Assembly: GCA_016699915.1 (NCBI GenBank)
Contig: CP064990.1
Location: 644,456 to 708,455, forward strand
Source of the DNA: Neisseriales bacterium
GTDB taxonomy: Bacteria > Pseudomonadota > Gammaproteobacteria > Burkholderiales > Q3-R57-64
Direction: 5' to 3'
DNA length: 64,000 nucleotides
Shown: positions 31,459-40,525 of the stretch, in pieces
Numbering within the stretch: position 1 is the first letter of the stretch
How the letters are laid out: the number at the start of each line of letters is the position of its first letter
Translations under genes and position numbers: made by a program
Notes under the pieces: generated by a model
The model's input: only the letters and a program-made list of their open reading frames with translations
Told to the model about the DNA's origin: nothing
The model's database searches: none

Positions 31459-34400
31459 TTATGTTTGCTCAGAATCTTCAATGGTTTCTTTAAGATCATT
31501 ATTTGATACTATGTCTAGCTCTAGAGTATTAACAACACGCTGTTCGCAATAAAGACTGGGTACTACACCATCAGAGCTGGTAGGATATACATTATTTTCG
31601 CTCAACGCTCCAATAAGGTCTTCAATCATTTCTTCTCTTCGTCTAAACCATGTTGAAGCAAGACACCGCCAAAAAACCCAGCCTGCTCTCTCTAACATTC
31701 TTTGGCGCGCTATATCATCCTCCCATTTTTCTGGGCCGTGATACTGGTCACCATCACATTCAATAGCTAAACGTGCATCATTCTCACCTTCTACAACCAT
31801 ATCAATTCGAAATAATTGACCAATTTGTACCTGGGGAATTACCCTATACCCACGCTCTGTTAGTACATCGTACACTGCTTTTTCGAATTCTGATTCGCAT
31901 AATTCGCGCGTATCCTTTCTACAACTTTCATTGTAGGAAAACGGTGCAGAAAAATGCGCAATTAGACTACGTCGAAACTTATCAGCTGGACTTAGCTGTT
32001 CGATAGAAACAGACCTAACTAAATACATACGATCACGGGCACGCGAAGCTGCTACATTAAATCGTTGAGCATAAGTCTCTCTAGTTAAAGGAGCGCCTAA
32101 TTCGTTGGGCGCAACTACCATCGATAAAAATACAATATCTCGCTCTTTGCCCTGGAAATCACTTGCACCACCATAAGCAATTCGATGCTTGTCCCATACT
32201 TCAGAGCCTAGCTCTTGTATTAACATATCACGAATTCGACAGGCTTGTTGTTTGGCTAGTAAAGATACAATACCAATTGAACGGCTAGACAAGGACTCAT
32301 CGTTAACTATTTTTTTAATTTCTGCCACAATAAATTTTGCTTCTGCGATATTTTCATCTCCTGCTCGATATCCATCTTGGATAAGAACATCAATCAGCGG
32401 TGGATCAAGCCTTTCAGACATTTTTGGTAATCGAATAGGTATAAGTTCATGATTGTAAAATTCACGTTTTGAATACTCAATGATTGGATGAACACATCTA
32501 AAATGTTCCTTGAGCATGACGGTATTATTTGCATAAACAGTTTTAAATAAATCGTATATTGATCTTTCTGGCGACATGACTGATTTATAAATCCCAACTT
32601 GATTACCTAGACATTGATCCATTAAATGCCTAATTTTTTCTTCCAATCCTACCCCTTCTGGAGATACTTGTTTATCATCGCCCACAATTAGAACTTTTTG
32701 AGCGCGCAGTAATACTGGTAAGGCCACTAAATCAGATTGCGAAGCTTCATCTACAATAACAAGATCAAAATCCCCTAAATTAGGTGGCAACGATTCAGAA
32801 ACTCTATCATGTCGCATAATCCAGCAAGGTACAGCCCAATTTGCTTGGGAAGCTGCATCCCGTGCATTTTTGCGATAACGAACTTCACGTTTACCAGTTC
32901 CTTTTCCCATTTTTTGAATAGCAGCAAGATAAGCTTGGAGTGCAGAACGTACCTTTGGCGAAGCATTTTCTTCAATTTTTAACCAAGTTCTTTTTACAAT
33001 GACATCTTGGTAGGTCTTAGCTAATCTAGTTTCGGTATCATGTCTATCTTTGGATAAAGTTTGAAGTTGCTTTTGGCAGTCAATTTCTTCAAGATAAACC
33101 GCTAAACGCTTTAGTTTCCAACTTTATTGCAAATTGTTGGGTAACAAATGGTCAATAGCACCACTCACTGGTTGCTGTAAACGCATTGCATACTCAGGGG
33201 CTCCAGATTGCTTGATAAGTTCGGTGACACGAACCACTACATCCAGCTGAGGGCGTAGTTTCAAAACGCGAGAAAGTTCGGCAGTTAATTCCAACCAAGT
33301 TTCTTGTATCTTGCTATCTGTTACAAGCGGATCACCTAACGTTTGATTTAAAAAAGCACGAATTGCCTCAACAATTAACCCGCTTTTGTTTGTCAAAATT
33401 TTCTGAAATTCTGATTTTTGTGCCCATACATTTGCCAGCCGGCTTTTTGATAAATGATGGTTGAGTACAACAATCAACTCATCAACAATATCTTTATTGC
33501 CAATCGCCAAATCAGAGTTCAACCAGAGCGGAAATAGTTTTTTGGCTTTTAAGGAAATTTTTTGTTTCAATTCAACTTGTTTTCCTATATTTTCAAAAAC
33601 AAGTAAAAACTCATAAGCTTGCTGAGCGCTTTTTGCAGAAACAGCAACCCTTGGCAAACCAACTTCCGGTGCAATAACATTCCAACGAATAGTAAGCTCT
33701 TTTAAGTCTTTCTGAAATTTAATATAGCTGGCAACATGTTTCCATTCATCTTCATCGCGCGGATCATGACCGAGGATCCTAATATCCTTAATTGCTTTTT
33801 TCTCTGCGGATTTACCAAGCAATCCGGAAAGACCAAATGGATATTTGCCTTCAGATAGTCTTTTTATCGCTTCCAGTAATTCTGGTTGCATTTCATCCGG
33901 AACAGATACTGGTTTTTTGATAAAGCGCTCGCGTACTCCTGGGATTCGCTTGAATTTTTCTCCAAGTTCATATAGATTTTTTACAAAATCTCGCTTTGAA
34001 CGGTCTTCTATGTTTTGCGTAACTAATAAGAGCCATTTATAATCAGCCGCTTTTAAAGTTTCGCGTATTTTCTGCAATTTTTTTATATCTTCACTTAAAG
34101 CCCGAACAGCTTCAAAAGTTTTTTGAGTGGTATCCATAAGATTTGGCATACCATCAGCTTCGGCTTCTTTTTTTAATTCCTCCAACCTTGAAATATCTTG
34201 GTGAATTTGTAAAATTTCTTCCGCTTTTGGTAATTCAATCATTTGTGGTAATGATGATTTTACATATGCAATATCATGACCAAGTTTCCTACGAACATCC
34301 TTCAATGCCTTGATATCTTCGTTGTTGAAAAGAGGATCGAATTGAGAAGAGATAGTTATGGTATCTTCAATCCATTCATAATTTCCTTTATTCTCAATTA

Positions 34401-36066
34401 ATTCTAAGGTAGCGACATAAGGATCAATCTCAGCTTCATTGATAGCAATTTTTCCAAAAATCTTTTTTGCGAGCACTGAAATATCCCAATCAATTTTTGC
34501 GAGCTTGCTGTGTAAAGCATCAATATTTTCTTCCAAATGATTAATTTCTTTTGCAGTGGTACTGCGATCTACACTTTGAATGGCAGATGAGATTTTTTGT
34601 ATAGAATATTCAAATTGCTTTTGTCCATCTTGATCATTAGTTAACAATGGTATGGCTAGGGGTTTAATCTCATCAGGCAATTGTTGATGCAAAACACTTA
34701 AGGCTGGATCTTTCATGGATGTAACTAATATGCGTTTACCATTGGCAAGAAAATGGCAAATAATATTTGCGATAGTATGGGTTTTTCCAGTTCCAGGAGG
34801 TCCTTGGACAACAACTCCACTATGAGACTCAAGACGCTGGATAATTTTAACTTGCTCACCATTAAAGGGCTTAGGAAAATAAAAGTCTTTCGAATTATGC
34901 TCAAGATTCATTCCATCACGGTAAACAGTAGAAAAACCTCTAAATTCTGCCAGCTTAATCTCCGGATTTTCAGTATCTGGCTCAGTAATGATTGCTAATA
35001 CAGCTGGTGGAAATGCTTCTTGTTCTTCAACAGCTTTGATCATGCGATCAAGATCTTGTAAATAAGCACTATGAGTTCTCGGCCTAGCAAATAGTATCCA
35101 AGTATCGGTTACTTTTAATCGATCATCTGCCTTCGGAACAGCACGATCACTCGGTTGAGTTTGGTCTAGCCAATAAATACCATGGGCATCTAAATTAGTT
35201 GCAGCATTTCTCAAAAGTGGCTCATATGTACTATGATCAAATGGTGAAATAACAACTTGAAGTTCATCGAAAAATTCTTTTGCGGCTTTTTCAAGACCAG
35301 TTGTTCCGTAATTTTTTTGAGAAACATACCAGTCTAATTCGACTCTTGGCTCGATATTGCTTCTTGGGCGAATCTCAATAGCAGCTGTTTTTTGATTAAG
35401 AGTAAGCTCGACTAATTGCCCAATGATCGGATAGCGAACGGTAGTTGCATTTGTTTTCCAAACTCCAACACCTATGCCCCATACAAGCTCAGGTTGCGCT
35501 TCAACAATTTCGCCATCAAGCTGTTGTTTTAATGTGTAAAGTTCGCTATATAACTTAATAGTATGAAGACGTTTCTTTTCCTCAAGAGACCAGGGTACCC
35601 ACTGAAGCGCAACGTATTCATCGAAAAGCTTCTGAACCTTCATTGATTCATTATAGTTTTCGATATTGATAAGTGCATCTGGATCAACAAATGGTCCTTT
35701 GCTTTCGCTTTCCTCTAGAGCTTGCTTTGGGAAATGCGTACCTGTTTTTATTAAAGAAGCACCACTTACCGTCGCGAGAAGTGTTGGTTCATTTTGCGGA
35801 CCGTGCGTAAAACTAACCCATGGGCGAAGCCATATATTTGTAATCTCTGGTGGAGAAGTTTCGTGCAATCTATCAACGGACAACCAAATTTCATCATCAT
35901 CTTGCTGAGAGATATTAAAGTGTATCCCAATCGCTCCGCTTAAATTCTCCTCATAAAGCAAAAAATTGTTATGTGCAGATATATTTGCCACTGGGTTTCC
36001 GCGAAGACGAGTTGATTGAGAGCAAAACTGCAATAATTCAATCAACCTTTGCTTTTGCATGTTCAC
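31459..36066 (-). pseudogene. SF1 (Upf1/DNA2-like) helicase fused to a C-terminal DUF559/Vsr-like endonuclease, interrupted by a single in-frame TAA
   Basis: This is one continuous frame of 1536 codons with an internal TAA at 33124-33126. Walker A (VVQGPPGTGKTH) lies in the 980-aa part. The 483-aa part carries DEASQ, VGDDKQVSP, FQGKERDIVFLS, NVAASRARDRMYLV and the nuclease fold (RIDMVVEG...AIECDGDQYH). The 71 codons between the two track ORFs are sense codons in the same frame. Confidence 0.8.
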
Positions 36067-36186
36067 GGTGATTACCTTGATTAAGCCAGTAAAGGTGGAA
36101 ATTTTGAGCTAGTAAGTGACAAAAAGAACTCTAAAAGCACAAAATCTGTCTGTATGGTAACAAGCTTTTGAAAATAGAAACCAAAG

Positions 36187-36266
36187 TATGAAAATAGCGA
36201 TGCTTGTGGTTTTTTGAAAGCGGCCATATTCCTGCATTGAGCGAAACGGGTTCTGCTTGCAAAAAA
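36187..36266 (+). repeat. Inverted repeat, left copy (IR-B), in the intergenic region between the TolQ-like gene and the helicase
   Basis: 72 of 80 positions are identical to the reverse complement of 37676-37755, from my position-by-position comparison. Confidence 0.85.
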
Positions 36267-36280
36267 GGCTGAATTTTTTA

Positions 36281-37441
36281 TTACTCCAACCATTTTTTAA
36301 ACCACTGCCATTTCTTAGGAACAAAACGAACACCTTCTAAGCTTTTAGTTGCTTGCGCAAAATTATCTAAAGCCACTTTGGAACTACTTAATACATTAGC
36401 CAATGATCCAATTTCTCTTTGGAGAGTGAATAAACCATCTGCACTTAACTTCATATTGTTCTTCATGACATCTAGATGATTATTTGCTGTTTTAAACCCA
36501 TCTCCAAATGAAGAAAACTGGGTTAATAAATTTCCTGTGGCTCCCGTAATATTTTCAAAGGAAGCAACAAAAGATTTTTTGGTTTCGGTAAAACTAACAG
36601 CCACTTCCTTGAGCTCATTAAGAGACTTCAAAAAACTTGCAATTGATTGATCAACACCTTTAGCATTTAAGTTAGTCACCATCTTTTGGTTGGCCTGACA
36701 CAATTCATTCCCAACTTCATTGAAAGAACTATTGGCTTTTTTGGTCATTTCCTGTAGATCAGCAAAGCATGTTTTTAACGCTTCCGCATAATTGTTAGAA
36801 TGTCTTGACATAGACTCCTGTGATTTGTTCATCTCCTGCACTAAACCATTTACATCCTTTTTAAGTTGGCTGGTAAGGCCACTGATTTCATTACCTAATT
36901 GACCGTTTAATGCACTAATTTCTCTTCGGAAAACGCTTAATTGATCATTTAGTGCTCGGTAAATCTTTTTAGGGTCAGCGCCATTCGTGTCAAACGTCGA
37001 CTGAGCAGCTAAGAGAATTCTAGCCCATAAGCCAAACATCGTTGCCGTTAACCCCACCCCAAACTGGAATATAGCATGCTGAATCAATTGAGACTTATTT
37101 AAGTCATTAGAAGAATACAAAGCTTCAAAAATAAAAATGCTTGCTAAAGCACAAATCGTTAGAATAAAACCAAGATAATAGGCTAAATCGGCAGCATCAG
37201 GATCATCGACTAGACCTTGTGATTTAATAGAAAAGAAATAACCAAAGATAGTTACTGTATTGATAAAAAATATAGCAATCCCAAGCTTAATATGGCTAGA
37301 TTCACTTACACCAGATTTAAAATATATAATCGAGGTAATGAGCAAAACAATTCCACAACCAAGAAAACGAGAGAATAAATCGCTGGCTTTTTTCTCAATC
37401 TCACTTGCTGTATTTTTAGTTAACTTAACATCCAAATTCAT
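36281..37441 (-). CDS. TolQ/ExbB/MotA-like 4-TM channel domain with a ~240-aa C-terminal helical (coiled-coil-like) tail
   Basis: There are 4 TM segments in aa 20-145. The last two read YYLGFILTICALASIF and GLTATMFGLWARILL, compared with TolQ/ExbB G-L-L-G-T-V-x-G-I and L-I-A-T-A-I-G-L-F-A-A-I. The rest is heptad-like and rich in Q, N, S, L and K. It has its own SD (AGAGG). Confidence 0.5.
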   Translation of the reverse strand: MNLDVKLTKNTASEIEKKASDLFSRFLGCGIVLLITSIIYFKSGVSESSHIKLGIAIFFINTVTIFGYFFSIKSQGLVDDPDAADLAYYLGFILTICALASIFIFEALYSSNDLNKSQLIQHAIFQFGVGLTATMFGLWARILLAAQSTFDTNGADPKKIYRALNDQLSVFRREISALNGQLGNEISGLTSQLKKDVNGLVQEMNKSQESMSRHSNNYAEALKTCFADLQEMTKKANSSFNEVGNELCQANQKMVTNLNAKGVDQSIASFLKSLNELKEVAVSFTETKKSFVASFENITGATGNLLTQFSSFGDGFKTANNHLDVMKNNMKLSADGLFTLQREIGSLANVLSSSKVALDNFAQATKSLEGVRFVPKKWQWFKKWLE

Positions 37442-37471
37442 ATAAAACCTCTATAATTAGGCACATCAATA

Positions 37472-38376
37472 TTATTTAGAACGATCGGCAATTTCACTGG
37501 GGTCACAAGTAAACAGAATGCTATGCTCCTGAGACTGAAATAAAGCTCTCCAAAACGCAACAACGCCTTCCTTTTGCGGTTTTGATAAAATTTGACAAAT
37601 AGCAACATTGCTACGCTCTTTTTGCTTGGTATTTTTTAAATATCCAAGTAAGTTTTTGCCTAATATATCGGTCCATTTTTTGCAAGCGGAACCCGTTTCG
37701 CTAAATGTAGGGATGTTGCCGCTTTCAAAAAACCACAAGTATCGCTGTTTTCATATAAATCCGAGAAAACGATCAGTTTACTACCAGCCTTCCAGTAAGT
37801 TGCATTCGATGTAACCGTTACTAAAGCCTCCACAATATGAGAACGACCCGCATCCCACCTTTGTAAGATATCATCAACCGCCTTTTTAACATGACCCAAA
37901 GCAACATCCTTCACTCTCTTTTCTTCAGTCGCAGAAAGATCGGTCAAAAGCCAAGTTGTATTGGGAGGAAAGGAGCAATAGCTTGCCACCGGCGTCATCT
38001 CTGCAGGTTTTTGGTCAGAAAGTAAATAAATACTCGTTTTTTCAATTTTCTTACCCCCTGTAATCCATGACCAAAATCCTTGTTCAACAAAAGCTGTTTC
38101 CTTAATCAGCCGATATAAATCCTCTATTTTGCCTTCGGGAATTTTGTCAGTTATGTCAACAAAAATAATATTTCTTTTGCCAATATAACTCTCATTTGCT
38201 GGGCAAACACAACGAGGTTCCAATTCTCCTTTTTTGCACTCAACAAATGTTGGAGGTTTAAAAAAATAGGCTACGCCAAACAAACATAATGCGAATACAA
38301 TAGCAAAAAGCATCATACGCTTAGCTAAAACGCTTTCACCTGAGGTTTTTTGAGTAAGCGCCCTGTAATTTTTCAT
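37472..38376 (-). pseudogene. Membrane-anchored vWA-like protein, split by a frameshift at a T6 run (238-aa and 88-aa track ORFs)
   Basis: N-terminal TM followed by vWA-like strands (NIIFVDITDK, TSIYLLSD, SKLIVFSDLYEN). The reading frame moves by -1 at GGT TTT TTG (37734-37726). The downstream frame stays open for 84 more codons, which is unlikely by chance in AT-rich DNA. Confidence 0.55.
37676..37755 (-). repeat. Inverted repeat, right copy (IR-A), inside the 3' part of the vWA-like gene
   Basis: Partner of 36187-36266. It includes the T6 frameshift site. Confidence 0.85.
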
Positions 38377-38377
38377 T

Positions 38378-39841
38378 TCAATTCAGAATGTACTCATCTT
38401 CTGCATTTGCTTGCGCTACTTTTTTTGAGCCATGTTTTTTATCCTCGGGCATTTTGGGGAAGTTAAGTAAATCAGTTATGTCAGATTTTTGCCACCAAAC
38501 TTGCAAACTTTTCTTCTGGGAAAGAATTGATTTTTGCAATGTTTGAGCTTGTTGATGAATACCTTCCTTATTTTTTATAAAGTCTTCTAACTGTGTTTTA
38601 TAACTTTCCAACTGCGTATTCTCAGATAGGCTTTGTATTTTTTGTGGGTAGTCATCAGTACCATTGGGCTGATGTGCACTGATGGTAATTTTAAAAATCT
38701 CTTGCAGTTGTTGATAAGCAAAATCAACCTGTTTTCGATCTTCTTCCCAAGCTTTTATTTCTCTTGCAATTTCTGGCAGATTCCCATTAAAGTCATCATA
38801 GGTTGACAAAATTCGCATGCCTAAATTATCTAAATCCAGATCCGCGCGTTGCTTAAGATCGGTACAATACACCCCACGAGCATTTTGCGCTTCCGCTAAT
38901 CGCTTCGACCATTTATCAAACATTCTGGCGTAATGTCCATAACCGGGATAGGGATCATCTAATTGATAGCCTTTTTGAAAAGCTGCAATACCCATACTAA
39001 TACCGATTAAGAACAACACCATGCTTTCTAACCAAAATGCATCATTAAATCCTTCGTTCGCACTAATATAGCGATACCTATAAAAGGCAATAATGCCATT
39101 AATGATTAAAATTGCTAAGATGGAAAAAATAAGGTACCACGCGCCACGCTTGGCTTTTCTTTTATTAATATGGTTTTTAATCCGATATGCAAAACCAAAA
39201 ACTGTGTTCGATACAATATTCAGTGCAGCTATACCAAAAGCTACAAATAAAAAAGTTAAAAAATTGATTCCCTGCCTTAAGAAAAAAGCGTTGAATAACG
39301 CTTCAGCAATACCAAAAAACACTAACCAGTATAACGCATTCTTTCGATCAGAGTAAATTGCAGAAACGCTAATACCATTTGCCCCCTTAAATACCTCTAA
39401 ATCCTTTTTAGTTTCTTGATATTTCTTAACAATGCGATCTACTTCAGCTTGATTCTGCGCCACCCACGATCTGATTTTACCTTCAAGGTCTTCTGGTGCG
39501 GCATGAGACAGCTCACTATATAAACCAGACTTTAACAATGCGGATAAATGCTGCAAATCACCAAAATACTGCTTGATAGCGCCAACATGAAATTTGGCGC
39601 ACTCTGTATCCACCATAATACTATCTGTGCGTAAAGTAGCTTCATAGGGATGAATTTGGTTAGGTTTTAGATCATCACCACTTTGAATAGCTTGATAGGC
39701 TTTTATTCTTGCCTCATCTTGCTTTTCTTGCAAGCTTAACCAAGCCAACATTGCTTCAAAACCAATTAACTTGCGCTTTTTTAGACCAAAAAAATGAGCA
39801 ACCGGCTCCAAAAGTTCATCAATTTCTCCAAATGCCAACAA
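38378..39841 (-). CDS. Uncharacterised membrane protein: helical N-domain, 4 central TM segments, coiled-coil C-domain
   Basis: TM segments lie at about aa 168-300, followed by the LDDPYPGYG motif and Q/K/E-rich heptads. The stop is 1 nt from the start of the vWA-like gene, which suggests translational coupling. The TTG start is uncertain. Confidence 0.6.
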   Translation of the reverse strand: MLAFGEIDELLEPVAHFFGLKKRKLIGFEAMLAWLSLQEKQDEARIKAYQAIQSGDDLKPNQIHPYEATLRTDSIMVDTECAKFHVGAIKQYFGDLQHLSALLKSGLYSELSHAAPEDLEGKIRSWVAQNQAEVDRIVKKYQETKKDLEVFKGANGISVSAIYSDRKNALYWLVFFGIAEALFNAFFLRQGINFLTFLFVAFGIAALNIVSNTVFGFAYRIKNHINKRKAKRGAWYLIFSILAILIINGIIAFYRYRYISANEGFNDAFWLESMVLFLIGISMGIAAFQKGYQLDDPYPGYGHYARMFDKWSKRLAEAQNARGVYCTDLKQRADLDLDNLGMRILSTYDDFNGNLPEIAREIKAWEEDRKQVDFAYQQLQEIFKITISAHQPNGTDDYPQKIQSLSENTQLESYKTQLEDFIKNKEGIHQQAQTLQKSILSQKKSLQVWWQKSDITDLLNFPKMPEDKKHGSKKVAQANAEDEYILN

Positions 39842-39924
39842 TTTTATGTTTACTATTTTAACATTATTTTGTTAGGATGTGCACCTTTAAAAATTAAAGC
39901 TAATCAAAATGACTTTATGTAATT

Positions 39925-40525
39925 TTGAGCATGAATAGACATAAACGAGAAGTTTCAAGGGAAAGGCTCATCGGTATATCCTTTATTGATATTTTGATTC
40001 AGGCTATATTTGTTTTGTTTTTGGCGCTTGGGGTTGGGTATATGGATCCGATAGAGCGCGAAGAGGCAGAAGAGGCAAAACGAAAGTTACATGATATTTG
40101 TCACAGATTTAATAAGGATTCAACCAAACCCTGTTACGATTATCTAATACAAATAGCAACAAAAGAGGCAAAAGGGCAGAAAGGATCACTACATTTATGT
40201 ATAGCACCAAAATCCTTTAACAAATCAATTCCCTCTGTGTTTTTTTAAGGTACATTCTCCTACCCAAATTAGGTTTTTACGTTTCAGTCCTGAATATAAA
40301 ACTTATTTGTTAAAAAATGGACAAATCCAAAAACTCAAGAAAGCTCAGGCTATCCGAGCGGGTTTATATCCCATTGACTCTATTGAGTCAACCTTCGGAT
40401 TTATTAGAGAAGAGAAGTGCTATCACAAGGTAGAGAGAGGATGGGAAGGTAGATGGGATCCCAGCCAAGTAAGTAAAGGCTTCCAAACTTTATTAAAATT
40501 GCAAGAATCTTCTTCTAAAAAATAA
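39925..40525 (+). pseudogene. ExbD/TolR/MotB-like single-TM protein, split by a frameshift in a T7 run (107-aa and 72-aa track ORFs)
   Basis: A basic N-terminus is followed by a TM reading GISFIDILIQAIFVLFLAL, compared with ExbD/TolR (N/I)-V-x-P-(F/L)-(I/L)-D-V-(M/L)-L-V-L-L-I-I-F-M with a membrane-embedded Asp. Removing one T from 40240-40246 fuses the frames into a 199-aa product. Confidence 0.5.

Noticed and set aside
36081-36333. 70-aa and 74-aa minus-strand ORFs in the spacer between the TolQ-like gene and the helicase
   Set aside because: They overlap the left inverted-repeat copy and the end of the 386-aa gene. They have no start context and an odd composition, so the repeat explains them better.
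37726-37734. Programmed ribosomal frameshifting as the primary explanation for the two split island genes (also 40240-40249)
   Set aside because: The sites formally fit slippery patterns. However, there is no convincing downstream pseudoknot or stem at the -1 site and no SD-like stimulator at the +1 site. Homopolymer indel or sequencing error is the more economical reading. It is kept only as an alternative in the findings.
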